64,000 nucleotides of DNA from an uncultured delta proteobacterium (GTDB taxonomy: Bacteria; Myxococcota; Myxococcia; Myxococcales; Anaeromyxobacteraceae), in contig CAWFDF010000003.1 of NCBI GenBank assembly GCA_963814585.1, positions 160,001 to 224,000 of the forward strand. Direction: 5' to 3'. Numbering within the stretch: position 1 is the first letter of the stretch; every line of letters begins with the position of its first letter. Below the pieces are notes generated by a model. It saw nothing but the letters and a program-made list of their open reading frames with translations. It searched no databases and had not been told where the DNA came from. The translations under genes were made by a program, and so were the position numbers. This document shows positions 26,901 through 38,208 of the stretch, one piece after another.

Positions 26901-29602
26901 TCGGCCACCTCCAGCTTCCGCGCCCGGACGTGGACGGTCTGGCACGGCGCGAAGACCTGGCTGGTGGTGGCGAAGGCCGGGTCCGCCGCGGGGGCGATCC
27001 AGCCCACGTGGGCCTGGCCCCGCTGCGTCGCGCTGCCCCCGCCGACGCTGGCCGTGGCCGTGGCCTGCACGTGCAGCAGCGTGCCGTTGGCCAGCGGGCC
27101 GCCGGCGGCGGTGCTGGCCGTGACCACCAGCACCACCGGGACGGCGCCGCCGAACGGCGCCACCAATCCGAGGGCGGTGATGGGCGCGCCGTCGACCGGG
27201 TTACCGTCGCCGTCGGGATCCGACCAGAACCGGGCGGCGGCCAGCGCGCCGGCCGGGGGCGTGGCGGTGACGGTGGCGGCCAGCGTGAAGCTGGCCGCGG
27301 CGGCGCCGTTGTTCTGGACCACGCCAGAGAAGGCGACCGTGCCGCCGGTGACGGCGGTGAGGGCGTCGGCGCCGGTCCGGTCGGGCGTGAAGGCGACGAG
27401 CGGGGCGGCGCGCACGGCGATCTCGGCCGGTGCAGCCGCACCCGTGGTGAATCCCGTGGCCGCCACGGTCGCCCGGCAGCGGTCGCCGGCGGCGGCGCCG
27501 GCCGCCTGGGTGAGCCGGAGGGTGAAGGGGACGTTCCCCTGGGCCGGGGCGGCCAGCTCGGGCCGGCCGTTCCCGTTGGAGTCGTTCCCGGCCACGATGG
27601 TCCAGCTCCCCGAGGAGTTCCGGGTGGCCAGCACCTGCCCGGCGCCGTTGCGCAGCTCGACGGCCGCGGCGCAGCCGCCGTCCTGCACCTCGAGGTCGTA
27701 GCGCTCGGCCACCGAGAGGGCGCTCTGCAGCCGCAGCTCGAAGGGGACGGCCAGCCCGGTGACCGCAGGCTTCTCCTGCGCCACCGGCAGCACCGCGGTG
27801 CGCTGCACGCAGGCGTGGCTGGGGAGATCGCAGACCGGCGTCGTCCCACCGCAGTGGGCGCTGGCGGTGCAGGCCACGCAGGCGCGCGGCGTCGGCGCCG
27901 CGTCGCAGGCCGGCGCGAGGCCGCCGCAGTTCGCGTCGGAGAGGCAGGCGTCGACCACCATGGAGGTGGGCCCGGCCCCGGACGGCGGCCGCGAGGGGAA
28001 GGTGGCCACCAGCTGGCCGCTCTGGCCGGCCGCCGTCACCAGGGCCTGGTTGTCGACGGTCCCGCTGACGCCGAGGTCGACGGTGACGCGGAAGACCACC
28101 GCGGTCGACTCCCCGATGGCCAGGCTGCCGCCAACGGCGGCGGTGGCGCCGGCGCCCATCCGCACCGTCAGCGTGCGGGTGACGGCGTCGTAGTCGGCCT
28201 GGTCGTCGCCGGCCGCCTCGGTCTTGGCACCGGCGTTGGAGCCGCTGGCGATGCGGATCGAACCGGGCACCAGCGTCACGCCCGGCGGCAGCGCGTCCAC
28301 CAGCACGGTCTGGACCGAGGGATCGTTGCCGGCGTTGCCGGCCGTGACGGTGTACTCGAGCCGGTCGCCGGCCAGCGTGGCGCCGGCCCGGTCGAGGTTG
28401 GCCACCGACTTCACCGTCCCTCCGAAGTCGGGCCTGAGCGTGGAGATGGAGGTGACGAAGCCCCCCAGCACGTAGACGCCGCCGAGCGAGGAGGCGGCGA
28501 TGGTGGCCGAGTCGTTGCCGGCGGCGATGGCCCCGGCGTTCTGGCTGGCCCTCAGGTCCACCACGTCGAGATCGAGGCCGGACGCCGAGCCGATGCCGCC
28601 GGTCAGCTGCGGCAGGTCGCCGGCCGTCGAGACGGCCACCCCCAGGTGGCTGCGGGTCCGGTTGAAGAAGTCGTTGACCGGGTTGAGCGCGTCGGAGAGA
28701 TCCACCAGCATGGCCGGGGGCGGAGCCGGGGCGGCGTACCCCTTGAACTGGAGCCGGTCGCCGGCGTTGTTGGCGTCGCCCTCCCAGGCCACCACGCCCA
28801 GCTTGGCGTCGAAGCCGCCCGCCGGGACCTGGAAACCGGCCAGCGTGGCGGCCACGGTGTTGTTGTAGACCGGCTCGAAGCCGTCGAAGAGCGTCAGGTT
28901 GCGCTGCGTGATCTCGGCCGGGTCCTCGTAGAAGACCACGACCCACCAGCCGGTGAAGGCGACGTTGCTGTAGAGGTCGGCCAGCTCCATCGAGTCGACG
29001 TCGGAGACCATGTAGGGGCCGGGAGCGGCCGGAAGCCCCTGCACCAGCCCCGTGATGTCGGCGGTGGCCTGGTACCACCAGCGGCCGGGGTAGTCGGGCG
29101 CCTCGACCATCTCGGTGGAGATGGTCCAGCCGGTGTCGGCGGCGATCCCATGGGCCACGCCGTCGGGCGTGGTGAGCGTGGCCGAGGGGTCGAAGGCATC
29201 GGCGGTGAAGTAGCCGGCCCAGTAGAGCCTGGCGTACTTCACGACCGCCCCGGCCGGAAGCTCGAGCACCGCAACCGTGCGGGCCTGCGCCGCGGTGATG
29301 CCGGTGTGGCAGGCGGCGGTGCCGGCGGCGGGTTCGGCCCGCCAGAAGACGTCGACGCCCGTCTCCTGGGTGATGTAGCCACAGTTCCCCGGCGGGATCG
29401 GGGAGACGCCGTCGTCGAGGCAGAGGGTGCCCACGATCGGGTCGGGGACGCCAAGGAGACGGTCCTGCGCCAGGGTGTTTCCGATGAGCTTGAAGTCGCC
29501 GCGCAGGTCGAGCTGCTGGCGGAGCGTCACCGCCGCACCGGCAGGCGGTCCCGGGAGCAGCACGGCCAGCAGGACGGCGGCGGCGCACGTGGTTTTACCC
29601 AT
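23987..29602 (-). CDS. Large cell-surface protein: N-terminal DUF3344-like domain, DUF11/CnaB-like domain, Cys-rich repeat, multiple bacterial Ig-like domains, C-terminal MYXO-CTERM
   Basis: Signal peptide; GDRLEYTVTAGNAG...DALPPGVTLVPGS (DUF11); CLSDANC..C..CVAC Cys-rich segment; repeated GTAEPG...ATDAAGN Ig motifs; C-terminal GGGCGCG + hydrophobic stretch + RR. Confidence 0.85.
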   Translation of the reverse strand: MGKTTCAAAVLLAVLLPGPPAGAAVTLRQQLDLRGDFKLIGNTLAQDRLLGVPDPIVGTLCLDDGVSPIPPGNCGYITQETGVDVFWRAEPAAGTAACHTGITAAQARTVAVLELPAGAVVKYARLYWAGYFTADAFDPSATLTTPDGVAHGIAADTGWTISTEMVEAPDYPGRWWYQATADITGLVQGLPAAPGPYMVSDVDSMELADLYSNVAFTGWWVVVFYEDPAEITQRNLTLFDGFEPVYNNTVAATLAGFQVPAGGFDAKLGVVAWEGDANNAGDRLQFKGYAAPAPPPAMLVDLSDALNPVNDFFNRTRSHLGVAVSTAGDLPQLTGGIGSASGLDLDVVDLRASQNAGAIAAGNDSATIAASSLGGVYVLGGFVTSISTLRPDFGGTVKSVANLDRAGATLAGDRLEYTVTAGNAGNDPSVQTVLVDALPPGVTLVPGSIRIASGSNAGAKTEAAGDDQADYDAVTRTLTVRMGAGATAAVGGSLAIGESTAVVFRVTVDLGVSGTVDNQALVTAAGQSGQLVATFPSRPPSGAGPTSMVVDACLSDANCGGLAPACDAAPTPRACVACTASAHCGGTTPVCDLPSHACVQRTAVLPVAQEKPAVTGLAVPFELRLQSALSVAERYDLEVQDGGCAAAVELRNGAGQVLATRNSSGSWTIVAGNDSNGNGRPELAAPAQGNVPFTLRLTQAAGAAAGDRCRATVAATGFTTGAAAPAEIAVRAAPLVAFTPDRTGADALTAVTGGTVAFSGVVQNNGAAAASFTLAATVTATPPAGALAAARFWSDPDGDGNPVDGAPITALGLVAPFGGAVPVVLVVTASTAAGGPLANGTLLHVQATATASVGGGSATQRGQAHVGWIAPAADPAFATTSQVFAPCQTVHVRARKLEVADRYALEWYAGSAPVRGTDLPFRAVDPWPVTGGSATDAYPLPAGTPDAITVLLVRWSGATPTVLDTLPLGVERGGAILGLLAPSRVTTGQPISASASFRSGAPRITHRDTRLAWTVSGGGLAMDGAGAFLSPPATARLLAGLDVAPGATVSSTFSATPAWPAPGRYHVGAAWQLSCAVAPVLAEGGADVDVAPPPPVVATPAVGALVASATPTVTGAALPGASVVVTIDGSALAPVTADGAGRFTAAVPAAAPLAEGAHALVAVQTAGGVASDASPPRGFSTDSVPPALQLASPAPGALLGGAEAPLGRVPFSGTAESGAGVVLAVDGASVPVTRSGAAFSAAATLADGHHVAVVTATDAAGLQTVLTVAFDLDVAPPAAPQVSAPVAGQLLGGALAPAGLVAFAGAAEPDATVTVTVGLASATALAGAGGAFTASLLLADGDHHASLTAADAAGNVSVPAAVAFRLDTLAPSAPVILSPSAGARLAAGSIRFTGTAEPGSSVRVAAGALGATVTAGGTGAFEAVLTLGAGAWSVSAVATDAAGNGSPERRIGFEVAPPAPVVTSPVAGAVVTTATPTVTGAALPGASVVVTIDGSALAPVTADGAGRFTAAVPVAAPLAEGAHALVAVQTAGGVASDQSASRPFLVDLPPALQLASPAPSALLGGAEAPLGRVPFSGTAESGAGVVLAVDGASVPVTRSGAAFSAAATLADGHHVAVVTATDAAGLQTVLTVAFDLDVAPPAAPQVSAPVAGQLLGGALAPAGLVAFTGAAEPGATVTVTVGLASATALAGAGGAFTASLLLADGDHQASLTAADAAGNASGPAAVAFRLDTLAPSAPVILSPAEGASLPVGPVRIAGTAEPGASVAVTVGTLAARVTASGAGAFEATFTLAAGAWSAIAVASDAAGNGSPPAQVGFVVAAAGDPSSPRNASGGGCGCGQGAGAASGSSLLLLLLAALWPGRRGIRGGRGS
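24150..26340 (-). repeat. Intragenic tandem duplication of a ~1092-1095 bp unit (four Ig-like domains)
   Basis: Long near-identical nucleotide stretches recur at a fixed offset: cgccagggtgtcgagccggaaggcgacggccgcggg at 24401 and 25493; ggtgagcacggtctggagccc at 24710 and 25802. Confidence 0.9.
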
Positions 29603-29807
29603 TGTGAAGTGGCGGACTCCCGACACCTGGCTCCCCTGGAGACGACCAGAATCCTCGTCATTTTACCATGCTGCACCGCGGCCATCCCCGGCCGCATCGA
29701 GTCGTTGACGCAGGGGACACGGACCGGCGGTGCGCCGGGGAGCCCACCGCCCGGCAGGGGACCGATCGACTTGCCGCCGCCACCCTCTTGGTCGAGACTC
29801 CGCCGTC

Positions 29808-31232
29808 ATGGCTCCTCCCTCGACCCGCCCCCCGCTCGCCGCCGTGGTCCTCGCCGCCGGCAAGGGGACCCGCATGAAGTCCCGCACCGCCAAGGTGCTC
29901 CACGAGCTCTCCGGCAGGCCGCTGGCCTGGTTCCCCGTCCGCGCGGCGCTGGAAGCCGGCGCCTCCCCGGTGGTGGTGGTGGTGGGCCACCAGGCCGCGG
30001 CGGTCGAGGCGGCGCTGCGGGCCGCCCTCCCCGGCGCCCCGCTCCGGTTCGCCGTGCAGGCCGAGCAGCGCGGCACCGCCCACGCGGTGCTGGCGGCGCG
30101 TCGCGCGCTGCGCGGCGTGGCCGGGCCGATCGCCATCCTCTCCGGCGACACGCCCCTCCTCTCCTCCGCCACGCTGAGGCGGGTGGTCCAGGCCCGGGCC
30201 CGCGCCAGGGCCCCGCTGGCCTTCGCCACCATGAACCTGGCCGAGCCACGCGGGTATGGCCGGGTGCTGCGCGACGGGCGCGGGCGCCCGGCCCGCATCG
30301 TGGAGGAGAAGGACGCCTCGGCCGATCAGCGGGTCATCGGCGAGGTGAACGCCGGCCTCTACTGCGCCGAGGCCGGCTTCCTCTGGAAGGCGCTGGCCCG
30401 GGTGGGCTCGAGGAACGCCCAGGGGGAGTTCTACCTGACCGACCTGGTGGCCCTGGCCGCCCGGCGCGCGCCGGCGGTGGCCGTCGAGGTGGAGCCGCTC
30501 GAGGCCTCGGGCGTCAACGACCGCGCCGAGCTGGCCCGCGCCGGCCAGGTGCTGCAGCGGCGACGCGCCTCGGCGCTGATGAGGGCCGGGGTGACGCTGG
30601 AGGACCCGGACCACTTCCTCTGCGACGAGGGCGTGGTCGTGGCCGCCGACGTGACCGTCGAGCCCGGGGTGCGCCTGCGCGGCGCCACGCGCATCGGCCC
30701 GGGCTGCCGCATCGGGCAGGGCTCGGTGCTCACCGACGCGGTGCTGGCCGCCGGCGTGACGGTGAGGCCCTACACGGTGATCGAGGGGCCGGCCACCGTC
30801 GGCGCCCGGGCCATGCTCGGCCCCTTCTCCCGCGTCCGCCCCGGCACCGAGCTCGGCGAGGACGTCCACCTCGGCAACTTCGTCGAGACCAAGAAGGCCA
30901 CGCTCGGCAAGGGCTCCAAGGCCAACCACCTGGCCTACCTCGGCGACGCGGTGATCGGCGCCGGCGTCAACGTCGGCTGCGGCACCATCACCTGCAACTA
31001 CGACGGCGAGAAGAAGCACCAGACCCGCATCGGCGACGGCGCCTTCATCGGCTCCGACTCGATCCTGGTGGCGCCCGTCGAGGTGGGCGCCGGGGCCTAC
31101 ACCGCCGCCGGCTCGACCGTCACCGAGGACGTGCCGCCCGGCGCGCTGGCGCTGGGACGGGCCAAGCAGGTGAACAAGGAGGGCTGGGTGGCGAGGCTGA
31201 AGGCGGCGCGGGCGGCCCGCACCAGCAAGTAG
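29808..31232 (+). CDS. glmU: Bifunctional UDP-GlcNAc pyrophosphorylase/glucosamine-1-P acetyltransferase
   Basis: [35 protein letters not shown], hexapeptide repeats, [14 protein letters not shown]. Confidence 0.97.
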   Translation: MAPPSTRPPLAAVVLAAGKGTRMKSRTAKVLHELSGRPLAWFPVRAALEAGASPVVVVVGHQAAAVEAALRAALPGAPLRFAVQAEQRGTAHAVLAARRALRGVAGPIAILSGDTPLLSSATLRRVVQARARARAPLAFATMNLAEPRGYGRVLRDGRGRPARIVEEKDASADQRVIGEVNAGLYCAEAGFLWKALARVGSRNAQGEFYLTDLVALAARRAPAVAVEVEPLEASGVNDRAELARAGQVLQRRRASALMRAGVTLEDPDHFLCDEGVVVAADVTVEPGVRLRGATRIGPGCRIGQGSVLTDAVLAAGVTVRPYTVIEGPATVGARAMLGPFSRVRPGTELGEDVHLGNFVETKKATLGKGSKANHLAYLGDAVIGAGVNVGCGTITCNYDGEKKHQTRIGDGAFIGSDSILVAPVEVGAGAYTAAGSTVTEDVPPGALALGRAKQVNKEGWVARLKAARAARTSK

Positions 31233-31364
31233 TCGCACCGCGTCAACCGGACGGGTCGTGGGGCAGGTGATCCGGCCCACGGCCCGGGTCGGGGCACTCG
31301 CCGCAGCGCCTCGCCGGATCGATCGGCACGCCCCGTGGTCCGGCCCACGGGCCGGGTGCTAGGG

Positions 31365-31392
31365 TGTCGCCCAGACCCTGTCGCCCAGACCC
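31365..31392 (+). repeat. Perfect 14-bp tandem direct repeat (TGTCGCCCAGACCC x2) in the 5' region of the DUF885 gene
   Basis: tgtcgcccagaccc tgtcgcccagaccc immediately before the GGAG RBS. Confidence 0.7.
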
Positions 31393-31402
31393 GGAGTCCA
31401 CC

Positions 31403-33172
31403 ATGCGCGCCCAGGCCATGGCATCGCTCCTCCTCCTGCTCGGCTGCGCCACGCCGCGTCCGTCGGCGCGGGTGGCGCCGCCCGCGGACCCGGCCGAGGC
31501 CTCGACCAAGGTCCTGGCGCAGGCCGACGAGTACCTGGCCCGGTACTTCGCGACCTACCCGGAGGCCGCCACGCTCGAGGACTGGCCGGCCGCCGATCAC
31601 GGGGCGGTGGACGACGTCTCGCCGGCCGCGATCAAGCGCTGGCACGCCTACCTGGACGAGGTGTCGTCCCGCCTGCACGCGGCGGATCCCGCGGTGCTCA
31701 CCGAGCCGGCCCGGCTGAGCCGGGCCGTGGTCCTCGAGGAGGTGGACGGCGCGCGCCAGGCCCGGGTCTGCCGGGGGGAGCTGTGGGAGGTCCGGGCCAA
31801 CTCGTCCTGGCCGTCCCGGGCCGCCCAGCTGGCGGCGGTCCAGCCGGTGGGGACGCCGGCGGCCCGCGTCCAGGCGCTGGCCCGCCTCCGCGGCCTGGCC
31901 CGGATGGTGGACGTGCGCATCGCCAACCTGCGCGAGGGGCTCCGGCTCGGGTACGCGGCCAACCGGGAGAACGTCGAGGCGGCGATCGCCCAGCTGGACG
32001 CGCTGCTGGCCGCGCCGCCGCGCGAGTCACCGCTGGCGAAGGTCGCCGCCCGGGACGGCGACGCCGCCTTCCGCGCCGAGGTCGAGGGCGCGCTCGCCGG
32101 CGAGCTCCTCCCGGCCATGCGGCGCTACCGCGACGTCCTGGCCGCCGAGTACCTGCCCCGGGCCCGGGCCGTTCCCGGGGTCCTGGCGCTGCCGGACGGC
32201 GCGGCCTGCTACCAGGCGGCGGTGCGCCGGTTCCTCACGCTCCAGGTCCCGGCCGCCGAGATCCACGCCATCGGCCTGGCCGAGCTGGCCCGCCTCCGCG
32301 GCGAGATGGGGGTCCTCGCCGAGCGGAGGTTCGGCAGCCGCGACGTGCCGGCGGTGCTGGAGCGGCTCCGCAGCGACCCTGCCTTCCGGTTCGGGTCGTC
32401 CCGGGAGATCGTCGCGGCGGCGGAGGCGGCCGTCGACCGGGCCTGGGCGGCGGCGCCGCGGTGGTTCGCCAGGCTCCCCGCCGCCCGGGTGCGCATCGAG
32501 CCCTACCCGGAGTTCCGGCGGGTCAGCGCGCCCATGGACTCCTACGACACCGGCACCTCGGCGAGCGGCGGTGACGGGATCTACCGGATCAACGCCTTCG
32601 TCCCGCCGTCGCGGAGCCGGGCCGGGCTCGAGGCGATCGCCTTCCACGAGACCGTCCCCGGCCACCACCTCCAGACCGCCCTGGCCCGGGAGTCGGCCGC
32701 CGCCCCGGCCGCGCAGTGGATCTGGAACTCCGGCTACGGCGAGGGCTGGGCGCTCTACACCGAGGGGCTGGCCGAGGAGATGGGGCTCTACACCTCCGAC
32801 GTCGATCGGATGGGGCGCCTCTCCTCCGAGGCGCTGCGCGCCGCCCGGCTGGTGGTGGACTCGGGGATGCACGCGCTGGGGTGGTCGCGCCAGCGGGCCC
32901 TCGACTTCCTGCTCGCCAACACCGCCGTGAGCGCCACGCTGGCCGCCTCGGAGGTGGACCGCTACGCGGCGGTGCCGGGGCAGGCCGTCTCCTACACGCT
33001 CGGGGCCCTGGAGATCGCCCGACTCCGGGCCGAGGCCGAGCGCACCCTCGGACCGCGCTTCGACGTCCGCTCGTTCCACGACGCGGTGCTCGGCTCCGGG
33101 ACGCTGCCGCTCCCGACGCTGCGCCAGCAGGTGGGGGCGTGGGTGTCGAGCCGGGCCCAGCGCCCTCCGTGA
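31403..33172 (+). CDS. DUF885-family lipoprotein (putative zinc metallopeptidase)
   Basis: Lipobox LLGC; HETVPGHHLQ, GYGEGWALYTE, RAARLVVDSGMH, PGQAVSY, FHDAVL. Confidence 0.9.
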   Translation: MRAQAMASLLLLLGCATPRPSARVAPPADPAEASTKVLAQADEYLARYFATYPEAATLEDWPAADHGAVDDVSPAAIKRWHAYLDEVSSRLHAADPAVLTEPARLSRAVVLEEVDGARQARVCRGELWEVRANSSWPSRAAQLAAVQPVGTPAARVQALARLRGLARMVDVRIANLREGLRLGYAANRENVEAAIAQLDALLAAPPRESPLAKVAARDGDAAFRAEVEGALAGELLPAMRRYRDVLAAEYLPRARAVPGVLALPDGAACYQAAVRRFLTLQVPAAEIHAIGLAELARLRGEMGVLAERRFGSRDVPAVLERLRSDPAFRFGSSREIVAAAEAAVDRAWAAAPRWFARLPAARVRIEPYPEFRRVSAPMDSYDTGTSASGGDGIYRINAFVPPSRSRAGLEAIAFHETVPGHHLQTALARESAAAPAAQWIWNSGYGEGWALYTEGLAEEMGLYTSDVDRMGRLSSEALRAARLVVDSGMHALGWSRQRALDFLLANTAVSATLAASEVDRYAAVPGQAVSYTLGALEIARLRAEAERTLGPRFDVRSFHDAVLGSGTLPLPTLRQQVGAWVSSRAQRPP

Positions 33173-33238
33173 GGCCGGCGGGAGAGCGGGCCCGGCGCGT
33201 CCTGGCCAGGGGCACCGCCGGCGCGGCGCCGTCGCCCG

Positions 33239-34403
33239 CTACAGCTCCGCCTCGCGCCGGCGGCCGAGCAGGCGGTCCTTGACCGCCACCAGCCCCAGCC
33301 CGGCCAGCACGGTGAGCGGCGGGCGCGCCAGCAGCGTGTACTGGGGCCACTTGGTGGGCCAGGCCAGCAGGAAGAGCAGGCCGACGACGGCCCAGGCCAG
33401 CCAGACCGGGCGGTGGCGCGCCGCGTAGGGCACGCCCAGCGCCGCGGCCGGCAGGAGCAGCAGGTCGAGCCAGCCGAAGGGGAAGACGCCGGGGTGCCAC
33501 CCGACCGGCGTCGATCGGGTCAGGTAGTAGAGCTGGTACCACCACGGCAGGCCGCTCTTCTTCACGTGCTCGGTCTGCGTGTACTGGAAGTGGAAGGCCA
33601 CCGAGTTCCAGAGCCGGTCCAGCGTGTCGTTCCAGAGGAACGGATCGGCGGCCAGGAAGGCGAGCAGCACCGTGGCGCCCGCGCCGGCCAGCAGCCAGGG
33701 GCGGTGGTGTCCGCGCTGGATCAGGAAGGGGAGGAAGGTCGCCAGCAGCACCAGGCCGTACGGGTACTTCCCGGCGGCGGCCAGCCCGACCAGCACGGCG
33801 GCCGCCAGCAGCGGGGCCGGCGAGAGCGTGGGCGGCCCCGGGAGCAGCCCGGGCGGCTCGCGCCGGCGCAGCGCCCGCTCGAAGAGCAGGACGGCGAGGA
33901 TGGCGAAGAGGCCGGGCAGCCCCTCGACGTAGGCCTGCGCCGTGTACTTGGCGTGGTAGGTGTCGAACGCCAGCCAGAGCGCGCCGAGCGGCGAGACCAG
34001 CGCCTCGAGGAGCACCTGGGCCACCCCGGTGGCGGCGGAGAGGATGCGCGGGCCGTGGAAGGCGGCCCGGGCCTGCCGGCGGGATGGGCCGGCCCACCTC
34101 CACCCGGTCCCACTCCGGCTCGGTGGCCCCGGTCCGCTTCAGCACCAGCCCGTAGGCCAACTTCACCAGGGGTGGATGCTCCTCGTTCTCCTTGACGTCG
34201 GCGATCTCGGCCCAGCGCCCCGGGACCATCCGCTCGGCGTAGCGGAAGCCGGCCGGGAGGTAGGCGAACTCGTCGTAGTCGGGTGGGAGCCGTTCGACGG
34301 CGACGCCGCGGACCCAGGTGGCGGCGGCGGCCGCGAGCAGCCCGACCAGGAGGGCGGTGAGGTGGCGAGGGCGCCGGGGCACGGAGTGGCCGCAGGAAAG
34401 CAC
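33239..34403 (-). CDS. GT-C fold (PMT/ArnT-like) membrane glycosyltransferase; one apparent frameshift near 34075
   Basis: DYDEFAY and NEEHPPLVKL in the first loop, multiple TMs, GLAAAGKYP. The two halves join with a single indel. Confidence 0.65.
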
Positions 34404-34480
34404 GAACCGTGGCCGAGGTCACGATACCGGGCAGCCCGGGGAGTGGGTGGCGGGCCGGCTCCCGCGGTATAAGCCCTCCC

Positions 34481-36313
<1,833 letters not shown>

Positions 36314-36329
36314 CCCGGGGCCGGCGCCG

Positions 36330-37223
36330 TCAGTTGCGGGTGACGCGCTCCACCCGGAAGGTGCTCCCCACCTGGCGGTGGTAGTAGAGCGCCTTCCCGT
36401 CGGCGGTCGGCGCCGCCGCCTCCACCAGGCCGCCCGCCAGCGCCTCGATGGGCGCGGGGGCGCCCCACGGCGAGGCGGTGTTGGGCCGCCGGGAGCGGAA
36501 GACGGCGGTGGCGCCGGCGCCGACGATCCGCGTGAAGTAGAGCTCCAGCCCGTCGGCCGAGACCGCCGGGGCGTACGTCGTGGCGCCGAGCGGGTTGACC
36601 GCCTCGAGCAGGGTCACGCCGCCGGGCGAGCGGACGAAGCCGGTGGCGGTCCTCTCCGCCAGCCGAAGGGAGGCGGCGCCGAGGCTGCCGCTGCCGTAGT
36701 AGCCCTCGGCGAACCAGAGCTGGGTGCCGTCGCGGGAGACGAAGGCGTCGAAGATCACCCACCCCTCACCCTGCGACTCGAGCCCCGGCACCTCCTCCAC
36801 CCCGGTCACGGCTCCGGCCGCGAAGACCCCGCGGTGGACCGTGAAGCGGTGGGACGCGGTGTAGGCGCGCAGCGAGATGAAGTAGAGGTTCCCCGCCTCG
36901 TCCATCGAGGGGACGGCGTCCAGCGCCGTGGAGTTGGCGCCGGCGACGGGACCGTGGTCGACGAAGGTGAGGTCGTCGAGGCGCGTCGCCCATCGGAGGT
37001 CGGTGTCGACGCCGGACGCGTTGGAGTCGTTGAAGAACAGGAGCTGCCCGTCCGGGGAGAGCGCCGGCTCCATGGCGACGCCCGCGTAGCCCTGGATCGC
37101 CACCGGCCGGGGGGCGCCGAACGGGTTGGGATCGGCCGGCAGCCCCTCGCCGCAGGCCGCCAGCCAGACCAGCAGCACCGCGCCTCGCCGCGTCCCCAGC
37201 GTCATGCCGACCTCCGCGCCCAT
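36330..37223 (-). CDS. PD40/WD40-like beta-propeller lipoprotein
   Basis: Lipobox LAAC; repeats EPALSPDGQLLFF, VPSMDEAGNLYF, APAVSADGLELYF, APTADGKALYY. Start could be 37205. Confidence 0.8.
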   Translation of the reverse strand: MGAEVGMTLGTRRGAVLLVWLAACGEGLPADPNPFGAPRPVAIQGYAGVAMEPALSPDGQLLFFNDSNASGVDTDLRWATRLDDLTFVDHGPVAGANSTALDAVPSMDEAGNLYFISLRAYTASHRFTVHRGVFAAGAVTGVEEVPGLESQGEGWVIFDAFVSRDGTQLWFAEGYYGSGSLGAASLRLAERTATGFVRSPGGVTLLEAVNPLGATTYAPAVSADGLELYFTRIVGAGATAVFRSRRPNTASPWGAPAPIEALAGGLVEAAAPTADGKALYYHRQVGSTFRVERVTRN

Positions 37224-37237
37224 GATAGGGCGGCGGG

Positions 37238-38188
37238 TCAGCCGGCCGCCACCCGCAGCTCGCCGGCGGCCACCGCGTCGACCAGCGCCTCGCCGGCGCG
37301 CAGCCGGGTGCCGGGCCAGAGGACCGCCCGGTCCACCCGCGCGCCGGAAGGCACCACGCACCCCTCGCCGATGACCACCTCCTCGCCGACCCGGGCCCCG
37401 GGGTCGATCCGGGCGCTCCCGGCGATGCGCCGGGGCGCCGGCAGGCCGAAGCGGGCGAGCGGGAAGCGCCCCGCCGCGACGTCCAGGTTGGCGGCCAGGT
37501 AGGCGGCCGGCGTGCCGAGGTCGCTCCAGGCGCCGTGGGTGACGAGCCCGCGCACCAGCCCGCGGGCCATGAGCGGAGGGTAGACGTCGCGGTTGACGTC
37601 GCACTCGAAGGGAGCGGGCGGGACCAGCGCCAGCAGCTCGGGCGAGACGACGTGGAGCCCGGGGAAGTGCCACGGCGTCAGGTCGGCGCCGCCCGGCCCG
37701 AACCTCCCGCCGAGGCGCCGCACCCGTCCGCCGGCGTCGATCTCGACGCTCCCGTAGCCGGCTCCCGGCGGCATGGGCAGCAGCGCCATGGTGGCGAGCG
37801 CGCCGGTGGCGCGGTGAGCGGAGAGCGCGGCCCGGACGTCGGCGTCGAAGAGGACGTCACCGTTGAGGACCACCACCGCCTCGGCCCCGGCCAGCAGCGG
37901 CGTCGCCTCGCGCAGCGCCCCGCCGGTGCCGGCGATGACCGGTTCGCGGGAGACGGCGAGCTCCAGCCCCAGCTCGCCCGCCGCCGCGCGCGCCGCCGCC
38001 TCCATCGCCTCCGCCAGGTGGTGGACGTTGATCACCACGCGCCGGATCCCGGCGCCGGCCAGCAGGCCGAGCGCGTGGCGGATGAGCGGCCGGTGGCAGA
38101 CCGGCACCGCCGGCTTCGGGACCAGGCCGGTGAGCGGGCGGAGCCGGGTGCCGAGCCCGGCGCAGAGGACCACGCCAGCGAGCGCCAT
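37238..38188 (-). CDS. NDP-sugar synthase / nucleotidyltransferase (MurU-like)
   Basis: LCAGLGTRLRPLT..PKP, INVHHL, GTGGAL, NGDV, WSDLGTP and a short left-handed beta-helix. Confidence 0.8.
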   Translation of the reverse strand: MALAGVVLCAGLGTRLRPLTGLVPKPAVPVCHRPLIRHALGLLAGAGIRRVVINVHHLAEAMEAAARAAAGELGLELAVSREPVIAGTGGALREATPLLAGAEAVVVLNGDVLFDADVRAALSAHRATGALATMALLPMPPGAGYGSVEIDAGGRVRRLGGRFGPGGADLTPWHFPGLHVVSPELLALVPPAPFECDVNRDVYPPLMARGLVRGLVTHGAWSDLGTPAAYLAANLDVAAGRFPLARFGLPAPRRIAGSARIDPGARVGEEVVIGEGCVVPSGARVDRAVLWPGTRLRAGEALVDAVAAGELRVAAG

Positions 38189-38208
38189 GGTATGGGCCAC
38201 CCTACCAG

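Noticed and set aside
23624..31270. 2548-aa plus-strand ORF (and other very long Arg/Gly/Pro-rich ORFs such as 16362-20897, 56032-59844, 50089-53973)
   Set aside because: Shadow or alternate-frame ORFs expected at very high GC; they overlap well-supported genes. Only the terminal parts of some correspond to real coding sequence.
34404..34480. glmS ribozyme upstream of glmS
   Set aside because: The gap is too short, and a -10 box lies 7 nt before the ATG, leaving no room for a leader.
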